Source: Octopus sinensis (Eukaryota). Taken from it: 64,000 bases of DNA. The position numbers and the translations under genes are program-made. The notes under the pieces were generated by a model that was not told the origin of the DNA, searched no databases, and saw only the letters and a program-made list of their open reading frames with translations. Positions 11,713-24,464 of this stretch are shown here, piece after piece; the stretch's first letter is position 1, and every line of letters begins with the position of its first letter. The DNA lies in contig NC_043001.1 of the NCBI RefSeq assembly GCF_006345805.1, positions 98,084,001-98,148,000 on the forward strand, written 5' to 3'.

Positions 11713-14058
11713 GTATAGTGACAGAGGGAGAGAGACAGAGACAGACATACAAGTAGATCGATACGTGAGTGTTTAGACAGACATATAGGGACAACAATGC
11801 CGGAATAAAATAACCAGAGGGTACATGGCAGAAATTACCTTGGCGTAAAATTGTTAACGGTTGATAAGGTGCACACGAAAGAGAAAGTGAGAGATTTATG
11901 GTTAGCCGGGAGAGGGATACAATGAGGGAGAGAATGAAAGAATGAGACACAGAGCAGCGAATGAGTTATCGTGTAAATTATTAAATCTGTTAGAGTTTGA
12001 TCCCTGATGATAATGCAAGAATTATAGACTCAAACGAACAGGGAATATTTTAAATAGCTATACTACATTTGGGTGTATATGTGTGCGGTTTAATGAGGAT
12101 TGGTATAGCAGTGAATATTGTTGTGAGAAACAGAGAGAATTATTTAGGCGCGAAAAACACACATTAAACAGAAAGAAAATGTGAAAAATGAGATAAAACG
12201 AAATTTTGAATGAGTCTCCTGTCAATATATAAAATTAAGTAAGTTAAAGATGAAAACAGAATATTTGAATGTGTTTGTATGTAAAGTACATACAATAAAA
12301 GAAAGTGAGAATATTAAAAAAAACTTCGGTCATCTGATCTTATGGGGGTTATGTCCCTTATTTGTTGTTTTAGATTTCATAAACACTTAGTAATGGATTC
12401 TGTATGTTTGCTGTTTGGATAGTTGTAGTCAACTGAATATGATTCAGTTCAGTATAATACATAGTAAGCCGCACTGAATAAGAGAATATTTGGTCTTGTG
12501 TGTGTGTGTGTAAGGATTTAAATGAGTTGGGAGATGGTGTGTATGAGTGTATTAGGGATAGAAAGAGATTCAGCGAAACAGACAGAAAAATAACCAGTGA
12601 TGGATAAGCCACAAAAAGGGGAAGAAGTAAAGAATAAAGTAAGGAATTAGTGAAAGAAGGAAAACGTTGCGAAACAGAGGTAAAAAAATATATATACCAA
12701 ATTATAGTGAAACAAAGATAATTGAATACTTGCAAGAAAGATTGTAAAAAACTGGGTGAGTCGCAAGTAAAGATAGGCAAAGAAGGCGAAATGCGACAGG
12801 TACATATATCCATTATGTATGTGTATACCAATGTGTGTATGCGTGCATATATGTGTTCGTGCGTGTGAGTTTTTTGCGGGGTGTAGTTAAATATAAAGCT
12901 AAAAAAGCAAATTGTAAGGTAAGTAAACAATATTGAGAAATCTATGTATTTTCCTGTTATTGTACTTTTATTATTTGGCACGATTCTGGAGCATGGGTTT
13001 GTTATAGAGTACATGTCAAAAAAATTTTAAAGACACATGAGAGATTGGTTTTAAGATACACTGTTATGCAATCTTACGTACGTGTTATTAAAAGCGATTA
13101 TAAGCAACCTGGTGTAAATTATATGGCTAAAATGCATTGTCAAATCTTCAGAAATGTGTAAGCTTCATACGTAACATTACTGCAGCATTGCATTGTTCAC
13201 AGAAGTAACCAATGTGAAAGAAGAATCTATCCATTACAGCAGTTGCTAATCTTAATTAATGAGTACTTGCAGAAGAGTTCCGTCAGTCTATGCATATCTC
13301 GGATAAATTAATTGCGGTGTTAGTCAAATTTCTTTTTCCTCGATGACAAAAACACGGAACATCTTCAAAACAAACAGGTCTAAAGTGAAATTAGAATCTA
13401 TTTAAATACTAGTATCCATATTTCATTTCCTTTCGGGCAATGATATTGCAAAAAAGTGGGTTTCTTCTTTTCTTTTCCCAAATAACTACTCATATGAAGT
13501 TGTGCCTGGGGAGAGTCATTTTCTTTTTGTGCCGTATAATTTAGCACACTCACCGGTAGAATTTCCACTTATTTTTTATTTTTATTTTCCTAAAATTTTC
13601 GTTGTGCCTTGCAACCTTTTCAATAGTCTTGACTCTGCCCGTTATTTACACTGCATTTTTTGTTTGTTTGTTTGTGCATGTGTTTGTGGGTCAGAGTGTG
13701 TGTGTGTACCTATGCATGCATGTACGTACGTATGTATGTGTGTATGTACGTATGTATGTATGCATGTGTTTGTACGTATATACAAGTGTGTATGCATGTG
13801 TATATATGTATGTGTGTGTGTATCTGTATGTATGTATGTATTCTGCATATTCATGTGGAAATTTTACCGGTGAGTGTTAAATTATATGGCACAAAAAGAA
13901 AATTATTCTCCCCAGACACAACAGAATATGCTTCAACACACGAACTCATATAAAGAATCTTGCAAGCCAAATCCAAAAACGAAATACTCATATGAAAATC
14001 CAGCTGTAATTATCGAATGTATGACTCCTTGGAATGTAGAGAGCTATTAAAAAAAATC

Positions 14059-14400
14059 GCAGCGTGGAAGGTGTTTATAAGCCATTTAAGAAACACACAA
14101 AACCGTAGATTCACTTCAACATTTAAATTTAATTTGTCAAAATATTTTCGTCGCTTTGAGTCTACGACTTGTTCACTGACAAAACTTCGTGCAGGTCGCG
14201 GTCTGAAAGCGACGAAAATATTTTGACAAATTAAATTTAAATGTTAAAGTGAATCTAACGGTTTTGTGCGTTTCTTAAATGGCTTATAAACACCTTTCAC
14301 ACTGCAATTGTTTTCGTTGCAGCACACTATCCCAGATCAAGTCCCGCGCTATGCAAGTACATCTCCGTAATATCAAAAAATCACCAACGAAAGATAACCA
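14059..14400. mobile_element. Long-TIR palindromic MITE; partial second copy at about 59200-59750
   Basis: About 100-bp arms 14059-14157 and 14206-14305 are reverse complements (e.g. TTTAAATTTAATTTGTCAAAATATTTTCGTCGCTTT / AAAGCGACGAAAATATTTTGACAAATTAAATTTAAA). The right arm continues to about 14400, matching the 59.2-59.3 kb copy. Confidence 0.85.
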
Positions 14401-14619
14401 ATTTTCTGCTGCATATCAGGTACCTAGAGCACATTAACATTTACATTAGTATTGTGCTTGCATATTCTAACAAATATATTAGATTAATTTATAAGTGTGT
14501 CACAGTGCCATGCATCAAACACTCAATATCAATCTTCTATAAAGCTAAATTAAAAGTTATAGAGAGAAAGGAGAGTAATGTAGTTCGCTTGAAGCACTGT
14601 GTATTGTTTGTAAAGAATA

Positions 14620-15430
14620 AAATGTTTTGAATGTTACAACAATGCACTATAATACCGACAACGGGCTATATACCTGTTGTAATTTAGTTATCCATAGTCT
14701 GATATGATATTTCGGAATTATATTCCTTCTTCAGATATTCTTAGATGGAGTCGCTGTTATAATCGGTTTTCTAACGGCTTTCCTTTATTATCTTTTGGAA
14801 GCGTCTCAGCAGAGGTCTCACGACGCTCCTTCCGGAATTCCTCATGAGAAGTGTGTGAGGTCGGCCATGTCTCAATCTCGTGTGTACAGATACATCCATA
14901 GCGCTGCTTCTAAGTTACGTATTATACGCGCAGCTTCCTCCCCACTTCTTTCTTTTTCTCTTCTCTTCTTTTTTTTTGTTACAAAACTTCAGATGAGCAT
15001 AATATCAAACATTAATCTACATGCATCCAGATGCATCTAAATAATGTATTGATTACCAACTTCCAGCCTGTTGTTAGTTTGGAGCCGTAGTCTATGTATG
15101 AGTATAGCTTCCTTAATTCTTAAATTACCCAAATTTCTTTCATTGGCCTCAACTGTGACTGTTATGTTTTTGTAGGTGTTCCGGCATCTGTCTAGATGTT
15201 TCCTAGAGGAGGAAGCTCTCGTGTTTTTATAGAGATAAATATCTATAGGAATTCTCTGATTTCTGCCGGCAGAGGATAAATACAAAGCATTGGGGGAAAC
15301 AAGCGATGTGGTATATGTTGTATTTGTAGCTTCAACACGAGGTATATTGCAGAATACTAAACAGTTCGTAAAATCGTAAAAACAACAAGTAAGTAAAATA
15401 GTCACCAACCGCATGGAACTTCCCAAATAA
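14620..15430 (-). mobile_element. Penelope-like element 3' remnant (GIY-YIG endonuclease C-terminus plus pLTR)
   Basis: ORF 15037-15426 ends SSRKHLDRC..ITVTVEANERNLGNLRIKEAILIHRLRLQTNNRLE, resembling the PLE GIY-YIG H..E..I..P.LN tail. A hammerhead motif lies downstream on the same strand. Confidence 0.65.
14697..14738 (-). ncRNA. Minimal type I hammerhead ribozyme motif in a PLE pLTR
   Basis: Minus strand AUAU CUGAAGA A GGAAU AUA AUUCC GAAA UA UCA UAUC: intact core, 5-bp helix II, 3-bp helix III, AUC triplet. Helix I is weak. Confidence 0.6.
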
Positions 15431-15648
15431 CACGCATAAGACTGATTTGATGAAATTATTTTTTGTTAATATTTTTAGATACGGTAGTGTTAGATACGAG
15501 TCCTTCAGGTGTAAAACTGCAATAATTTAAATATTCTAAAATGTATCTTAGTATGTTTTGTGAGTCTGTTTAAACATGCATATTTTATTCCACTGTACAA
15601 TATGTGTGTGGGTGTCTCTGAATGCATATGTATGTACATATATATATA

Positions 15649-15694
<46 letters not shown>

Positions 15695-15882
15695 TGTGTG
15701 TGTGTGTATGTGTGTGCGTGTATGTGTGTGTGTGCGTGTGAACATATATTTGTATATACACATATATCATCATATACGTATATATGAATACAATATCCTT
15801 ATGCATATTCATACACAGAATATACATGTATTTATCACTTTATATGTAGACATATATAATACATATTGTGTATATATATATA

Positions 15883-15920
<38 letters not shown>

Positions 15921-16083
15921 CTTGTATGTATATATATATAATATATACATACAGACATATATATACACGCATATATATACATACATATACATGTTTATAT
16001 AATTAAACATGAATATAAATGAGTGTGTGTAAATGTATGTATATATATACATATATATACATATAGTATATATATATATATAA

Positions 16084-16145
<62 letters not shown>

Positions 16146-16985
16146 TATTTATATATCTTTACACACACACACATATATATATATACATATATATATATAT
16201 AAAGAAAGAAAGAAAGAAAGAAGAAAATGAGACAACGTAGAAAATGCTAGAATATTTCTATCATGAAGAACATTTTAGTACTAGTTTCAGTCATTAATCT
16301 GTGGAAAAATTAAATGAAATATTTTTTAATATATTTTCATAGTTTTCAAGTGACATTTTCCTTTTTTTTTTTGCCTGTCTCCGTCTTTGTTTTAACTCTT
16401 ATGGGTTCTAGGTATTTAGCAGCAGCTAGTTTGATATGAAGTCTTGTCTTTGATTGTTAAGCAGCAGTAGTAGTGGAGAAAGAAACTGAAGAAGAAGAAG
16501 AAGAAGAAAAGAATGCGGGAGTCGTATGACAATAGCAGTATATTTTCGCGGAATCCTCTTAAATGGTCAAGTGATCTATAAGTGCCTCGTTTTGGATGAT
16601 AGTAGTGATTGTAAACGTTTTGTACAAATTCCTGAGGTGACTGTTTTGAATATATCATTTTTAATATTTAATACACATCTATGTATGCATCTATCTGGCT
16701 ATCTATCGCTATATCTGTTTCAACAAAAGTGCATCTGTGTGTATACATTCCTACATACATACAAACATACATGCATAAATACTTATATACATACACACGT
16801 GCAATGCTGTTCGAAAGATTGAATATACTGACACACAGAAATTTTATATCACAATTGATGATGTAGATGAAAAAATCAGGATGGTACTTCATAATAAATT
16901 GAGCAGATAATATGAAACCATTCACAAAAGTTCATCCATCAATATTTTTATATATACATATATATATATATACACACACACACAC

Positions 16986-17097
<112 letters not shown>

Positions 17098-17262
17098 ATA
17101 TATATATACTTCATATGTTAACCCTTTAGGTCCATTGCAACTAGTTCAAGCACTGCTAGTATTTCCAGTCTTTAATTTCGGGTGTATTTGACCAAACTTA
17201 CGCAGAAATACGGAGCAATCTCCTATCTCCAAATTTGCAACATTTAAAAATTTTTATATACT

Positions 17263-17630
17263 CTTACTCCCTACTCTTTCATTTGTTTCAGTCATTGACT
17301 GCTGCCATGCTAGAGCACCGCCTTTAGTCGAGCAAATCGACCCCAGGACTTATTCTTTGTAAGCCTAGCACTTATTCTATCGGTCTTTTTTGCCGAACCG
17401 CTAAGTTACGGGGGCGTAAATACACCAGCATCGGTTGTCAAGCGATGTTGGGGGGGGGGGCAAACACAGACACACACACACACACATCTATATATATATA
17501 TGCATATACATATATACGACGGGCTTCTTTCAGCTTCCGTCTACCAAATCCACTCACAAGGCTTTGGTCGGCCCGTGGCTATAGTATATGACACTAGCCC
17601 AAAGTTCCACGCAGTGGGACTGAACCTACG
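17263..17630 (-). mobile_element. SINE family A with truncated head
   Basis: Matches 478-916 and 21886-22270 from the tail to GGGACTGAACC. Confidence 0.9.
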
Positions 17631-19476
17631 CTACTTTTTATATTTCACTCCTTTCAGTCATTGGATTACGACCATGTTGGGGCACTGCATTCAGAAGTTT
17701 TAGTCTAATGAATTGACCCACTACTTGTTTTTAAATGCCGGATAGTATGGTGGAATTATGGATGAGCGTAAGTGCAGTAAACTTATTTTTCAGGATATAT
17801 AGCTCATATTAAAATGTTGTTGTTTAAAGCTTTATCCACATTCCAAACATGCACTATATCTTACAGCTAATACTTTGGTTTTTAACTTCAAAATGTTTGC
17901 CAAACGAAAGGAGTATTAGATACCATTTGATTAATGATTCTTATGTTATCCATGTTACGTTAAGCCAGTGTCTTTGTCTAATTTTCACGAACCCCACTTA
18001 TTTCCAGACTTTGCTTTGAAAGATTTTTGCAATCTTCATAGTACAGCCTAAGTACAACATTGTACTGTCGATAACAGGTATATTTGCGTTAAAGGTCTAG
18101 TTGTAGGCGGAGATGTGACAGAAACACGAGTGAACATGCGACTGGCTTGATCTACGAAATTATTAGCATACACTCATCTGATAGATAAACTTGAGAGAAA
18201 TGTTTACTGGACAGTAATTAGGGACATCTTGATATCCTCCCGAATGTGAGTTCATTGCTGCATAAAGCAACCAATTGCTCCGTTATATTTTCCAAATAGC
18301 ATTATAATAACGCCATAATATAACGTTCATCTAATATACCAAATACAAGATGAAATTATCAAATAATATTTGTTCACTCATACATAATGATGCTTCATAT
18401 AATCTAAGTGTGTTACTTACAACCGTCCCGTAGATAATTAGATATAATCTTTATGTTGGTACATATTTAGTAAAACTACTAAATTTCCTTTTTTCTATTC
18501 AGAATATGTTAGATTCTCTATGTGCGTGTGTGTGTTAGTGTATGAGTGTGTGTGTGTGTGTGTTTAAATATATGGCTGTATGTGTGGATAGGTGTGCACA
18601 TAAGATTTTCGTTATATTTTTATTTCTATCAGTCAGTTGAATGTGGCCATACTGGGGCATCGCCTGGAGGAGTTTTGCCGAAAAATCGGAAGAATTATTT
18701 TTTTGTTAAGATTGCTACTTATTCTATCACTCACTTTTTACAAAACCGCTAAATTACAAGGACACAAACAAACCAGCACCGGCTTTAAAGGGACGGTGCA
18801 GTGCAAATAAGAACGACCATGGATATCTAAACAAACAAAAAAATATTATATAAGTACAAATATACGCACACAAACATAAATTATAGAGAGAAAGAGTGGA
18901 GTGGGGAGAGGAAGAAAGAAGAGAGAAATTACATAATCTAATGAAAAGGTTATGCCCCAGCATGGCCACAGCTCGTGAGCTGAAACTAGATAAAATAAAA
19001 TAAATAAAATAAGATAAAATAATACTATAATTGCTCAAGTTGAATTACCACGTAAAACTCCGATTTAAACTGCGACTAAAGACATTCATTTTCTCTCTGA
19101 AGATGGAATAAGCTGCCGCTATAAGGATAGCTCATTTTCGTTGGAGCATATGTGCATCTATACTTGAAACAGTTGTAAGGATCTATCTGAACACATTTTC
19201 ACTGACTTATTTATGATCTGCTCCATTGTTGCAACTCAGCAATAATAATAATGTTTAAATATATAAAGGCCATGATCTACATAGATACCAGTTGCTTGTC
19301 TCTTCATACTTTCATACTGCTGTATGCACACACACGCATATGTGCATATATATACATAATCAAAATAAGCAACAAGAATGACTCCGGTTGCCTATTTTGA
19401 TTATAATCACCCCACGGATTTTTATGGATAACACCATACAGAATTCTGGTGTATCTAAATTAAGTACCATATTCAT

Positions 19477-19526
<50 letters not shown>

Positions 19527-19531
<5 letters not shown>

Positions 19532-19584
19532 TTTATTATATAGAAGGAGCTTCGTTCGAAGCTCCTTCTATATAATAAATTAAT
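19527..19584. repeat. Perfect 28-bp-arm DNA hairpin with 2-nt loop
   Basis: ATTAATTTATTATATAGAAGGAGCTTCG TT CGAAGCTCCTTCTATATAATAAATTAAT, checked base by base. Confidence 0.9.
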
Positions 19585-19648
19585 TTTACTCTACATGTAT
19601 TGAGTACCTTATTTACTGTGGTTAACCCCGAATCAACCCGGGACCTAC

Positions 19649-19724
<76 letters not shown>

Positions 19725-20954
19725 TATATGTGTGTGTGTGTGTGTGTCTGTGTGGCTGTGTGCGTACGTGTGTGTTAGTGCGGGCTAGTATGGGTGTGCA
19801 AGCAGGATTGAATATATGGATTGTGAGTTTTACGTACATGGGATTTGTAGGGTTGACAAGAATACGCTTGGCTTTTGTATATGCAGAATAAAGAACATAG
19901 TAATATTTCGTTATATCATAAAGAATGTGAATGAACTATATATGCAAATGATGTATGGTATTTCCTTGGCTCCAAGCGCACACACTCACTCACACATGCA
20001 CATCCGCACAGATATATAATCATATACAGTAGAATATATGCATATATATATATATGTGTGTGTGTGTGTGTCTGTTTGTGTATGTATGTATGTACATGTG
20101 TGTGTTTGTGTGAAAATAAATCAACCATATATCTATATACACACGCATACTCAGGCATAAAGGCATTCACATAGATATCTAGCTAGCTATCAATCTACAT
20201 ATATACATGTGTGTAGTATACATACAAACAAAGGCATGCTTATACTAAGGGATGTATATATATATATATTATATATATATATATATAATATATATAAATT
20301 TATAATAAGCATATAAATCAAACATACATATGTATTTATATATAGCTACATATCTATTTGTCCATCTATATCTGTATCTATATCTAAATCTATATCTATG
20401 TACGCATATATAATGTATGTGATTAAACATGCATATATACATATACATACATATATATACATAATGTGTGTGTGTGTGTTTAATCACGTATTATATTACT
20501 ATGCGCATATCCATATATGGTATGTCGGTGTGTGATGATTAGGTAGACAATTTGTGGCGAACGAACTACAATTTGTATTACTAGTTCTACAACTGTACAG
20601 GCGATTAATTTGTTTTCGATATCTGAAAATGTTTTATGTTCTTTCACAAAATAATTACAGTTTTGTTTATAGCTGGTGTTCATCCTTATATTTGGCGCCA
20701 GAAAAAAATAAGGGAGTTATCTTAGTAACTTAGCCACATAAATTACTAATAAATCGAAACTGGTGTGACTATGTGAACAAAGAATTACTGGTGTTTGACG
20801 TGACTATGTTTATTGTATTGAACACTAATATATCGCCATTTGAATTTTCAGAAATTTTGCTCGTCTTTACGTATTTCCTTTTATCTTAAAGAATGGGGAA
20901 TAGCCATTAATTTCCAAGGCTTTGCAAAATAGGTAATATTGAAATATTATAATA

Positions 20955-21345
20955 AACGACTGGCCCCCTCTCCCAAAATTTCGGGCCTTGTGCTTAAAGT
21001 TGAGAAGAATATTATAATAAAAGAAGGCGGCGAGCTGGCAGAAACATTAGCACGCCGGGCGAAATGATTAGCAGAATTTCATCTGTCTTTACATTGTGAG
21101 TTCAAATTCCGCCAAAGCCGACTTTGCATTTCTTCCTTTCGTGGTCAACAAATTAAATACCAGCTGCTTATTCGGGTCGATCTAATCGCTTGGCCCACCC
21201 ACCAAAAATTTCGAGCCTTGTGCCTAGAATAGAAAAGAATATTGTAATATTATAATAAAGGACTAGCCCCCTCTCCAAAAAGTTTGGGTCTTGTGCTTAG
21301 AGTAGAAGTGAATATTACAATAAACGAAAGCGACGAGTTGGCAGA
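20955..21345 (+). mobile_element. Cluster of SINE family B pieces (one near-complete copy plus extra tails and a head)
   Basis: GGCGGCGAGCTGGCAGAAACATTAGCACGCCGGGCGAAATG head at about 21025. The tail GGCCTTGTGC.TA.AGT.GAA.AGAATATT occurs three times. Confidence 0.8.
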
Positions 21346-21885
21346 AAATTAGATTTGACGAGCAATCTTTGGTTCTTCAAGACAATCGTTTAACGGTCAT
21401 GATGTAACAGCTAAATATACTCGAACTGATGTCCTGTCTTAAGAAAACAACGCATTTCATATTACGGTGGTAAATAGTCGGTATTCCGACTGAAACAACG
21501 AGGCTACGTCTATATTACTTTGCAAATTGCTGATACTATATGTCAGTAGCAATCAACAAATGCCACTGCTTTCACAGATGGCACACGTCATAAGAAAATT
21601 TGCATAGTACCACGATTTCCAGCAGTTTGTCATCCTGGATGGTACAATGTTTTCAACCCCAAAAGGAATCAAAGGTAAAAATGACCTCAGCAAGATTTCG
21701 ACTCGAAACGATGAGAGCTCGTACAAAAACTTCGAGTGATTCTTCCCAACACTCTAGCAATTCTACCCATTTATCTTGATAATACTTTAGGTGCCATATT
21801 ATGTTAGTTCAAAGGGGCTGCATCTTCACGGATGGAAGATATTTGATTATAAGTGTGAGTGACCATAAGTGTGCTCGACATACTC

Positions 21886-22270
21886 TCTCTTTTTACTCTT
21901 TTACTTGTTTCAGTCATTTGACTGCGGCCATGCTGGAGCACCGCCTTTAGTCGAGCAAATCGACCCCGGGACTTATTCTCTGTAAGCCCAGTACTTATTC
22001 TATCGGTCTCTTTTGCCGAACCGCTAAGTGACGGGGACGTAAACACACCAGCATCGGTTATCAAGCAATGCTAGGGGGACAAACACAGACACACAAACAC
22101 ATACACACATATATATATATACATATATACGACAGGCTTCTTTCAGTTTCCGTCTACCAAATCCACTCACAAGGCATTGGTCGGCCCGGGGCTATAGCAG
22201 AAGACACTCGTCCAAGATGCCACGCAGTGGGACTGAACCCGGAACCATGTGGTTGGTTAGCAAGCTACTT
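21886..22270 (-). mobile_element. SINE family A body; its head is displaced to 24465-24500 by a 2.2-kb insertion
   Basis: Near-consensus body ends at GGTTGGTTAGCAAGCTACTT (22270). The remaining head GTTAGCAAGCTACTTACCACACAGCCACTCCTGCG lies at 24465-24499. Confidence 0.92.
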
Positions 22271-24464
22271 TATTTCAAAACATTTGCCATAAAGGCAGTA
22301 CACAGATTAAGTTAGCTTTGCGGGCTGGACGAGGACATTAATGAAGTGAATGATAATGAAAGAAAGATAATAAGGATGGGAGAAGACAAAAAGCGCCCGC
22401 CGACTTTCGCTTCTCTAAAACATTGTTCTTTTTAAAGATAAACACAAAACGAGGTATTAAACCTCTTACAATTTTTCAATTTTTGGACTTAGCAGTCCAT
22501 TACTAATAATAACAGTTCAATAATTACATATCGTCCTCGAAATAGCTTGTGCCCGCGCCCTCCACCATCAACCACGCCTCCCTCAGAACGTAATCAAGTA
22601 CCGAGTTTGCGTCGCCCGGGACCAAGTTATAATCTTCATTGAGCTCCTTTAGCCCAAGCGTCACGTCGAACCCCACGGCCTCCACAGCTACCTGCGGAGG
22701 CCATTCGGGGTCCTGTGTGAAGGCTAAAGGTGCTCCCTTGTGGTGCTCTTCCATCACCTTTTCAATTTCACCTCCTCTATAGAATAGGACCAATACGTTC
22801 AGTTCTTTCCTTGGCGGCACAGCTCCCGCCAACGGTATTCCTTCTCTTGTCGGTGGCACAACCCCAACCGACGTAGTTCCGGGACATTCCGGTGCTATGT
22901 CACTGACAGCCGGCAATGTCCCGTTTTTCTTCCTCTTTTTCTTTTTTTTCCCTTTTCAACTGAGGGAGGGTGCGTCTCCTCCGTGGCCGGAAGATTCGCC
23001 TTCCTCTCCTCATCCCTATTATCCTTTGGTGAGCACCCATTGTTGCTCACCTTCCTCTTTCGGCCTCTGTTTGAGGAGTCCTCTGCTTTCTCGGCCGTTA
23101 TCATTCCCTCTTCTAGAGGGGTTTTACTTAACTGTTCCGGGATCCTATTTTGTTCCCGGGGACAGTTCTTCTTTATGTGGCCGGACTCCGAGCACCGATG
23201 ACACTTAGGGGGGCGACCCTCAAGCATCACCGGGTACCTGCACCCGACCATTTTCAAAAAATCTGGAAGAACAAGATTGGCTGATTGGGTCCACAGGGTC
23301 AAAATTGCTTTTGACCCAACCCAAGCAGCCGCTGGAAGAACTTTTACATTAAGGAGCTTAGTTTCGCTGCCACCCAGACCCCGGCGGATAGTCTCCTCTA
23401 TCCACTCGGGTTCTATGTCGGGTGGCAGTCCGCAAATCCAAGCTTTCATCAATTTCTTTTTTTTTGTACGTGGGCAGGAATAAGATTTCCTTACCCTGCA
23501 GGGGTTTGCTAGCAAATTTGCAAGCCTCTTCAGGGGTGTCAAATAGCAACCACACCGTTGCATATTTGACACCCCTGGAAATGAATTTAATTGTTGGCAA
23601 ATACTCTTCCAACTCCTTTTCAATTTCCGTCTTTTCGAATAGGGCGATGGTGTCGAGTGCCTTGGAGTAGGTTCTCAACACCACCGTCCTATCTTCAGGG
23701 TCTTTTAACCACTTTTTAGGTGGTATGATTTCCCACTCCAAAATTTTGTTATTTTTCATTGCCATGTTTTGTTTAAATATATTCAAATTAAACTCAAAAA
23801 GCAAGAAGAAAAAAGTTCAAAAGTCCAAATAAAATTTGATAGATTTTTGAAAAAACAAAAAGGAGAAAGCACAACAGAAGGGAAGAAATCAACAGAAAGT
23901 CGCAATAAAGAAAAAAACAAAAAGGGGGGGTTAAAATGAAGTTCAAAAGAAAGTTAATAAACAGAAAAAACACAGCAAAAATATTCTGGCCTTGCAGTAC
24001 TCCCGGCCTGGGTTGAACCTGGAACGCCGCAACTGCAACACAACCTCCACAAAAATGGGTCCGAAAGGTAATCCAATAGTGGCTTATTTTTATAATTTTC
24101 TTGCGAAGTACTCTGACAAGGGAATAAATTCAACAAACCCAAACACAGCACTGGCTACCGCCAACGGTAATTTTAACAGCAACTGTATTGAATTCCGAGG
24201 ATACGCCCCTCCACTGTTTTTTCTTTTTTTTTTCAATGAACACAAAAACGGCAGCCGCCGAGAGCAGGCGAAATTGTCTCAGAGTTGGACACAACTTACT
24301 GAAATAATAATTGGCACGCAATAAATTATGCCCAACTCACAATAAACAAAATCACTTACCTCGACAACTTTCCGTTTTGGGTCTTTTTTCTTTAATTGGA
24401 CGGAGCTGGTTGACTCGCGTCCACTCTGGCTGAACAGGAAGCAACTGACTAACTGCGCATGTGT
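22271..24464 (-). mobile_element. ORF1-only non-LTR retroelement (HAL1-like; L1/Tx1-type ORF1), apparently full length, 15-bp TSD
   Basis: TSD GTTAGCAAGCTACTT at 22256-22270 and 24465-24479. About 700-nt 5' UTR, one long coding region, 253-nt 3' UTR. The 3' end GAAATA joins the TSD to form AATAAA, with no poly(A) tail. No EN or RT coding sequence lies between the TSDs. Confidence 0.85.
22524..23765 (-). CDS. ORF1/Gag-like nucleic-acid-binding protein (reconstructed 413 aa; RRM-like regions, CCHC zinc knuckle, basic tracts), interrupted by two homopolymer frameshifts
   Basis: AAAAC ATG GCA at 23765 starts MAMKNNKILEWEIIPPKKWLKDPEDRTVVLRTYS..LFLPTY. A +1 shift in A9 (23457-65) leads to KLMKAWICGLPPDIEPEWI..GRPPKCHRCSESGHIKKNC (CX2CX4HX4C). 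A -1 shift in A8 (22942-49) leads to ..PAVSDIAPEC..FEDDM* (TAA 22524-26). Confidence 0.7.

Noticed and set aside
22897-23670. Plus-strand ORFs overlapping the ORF1 region
   Set aside because: Antisense shadows of the minus-strand coding sequence.
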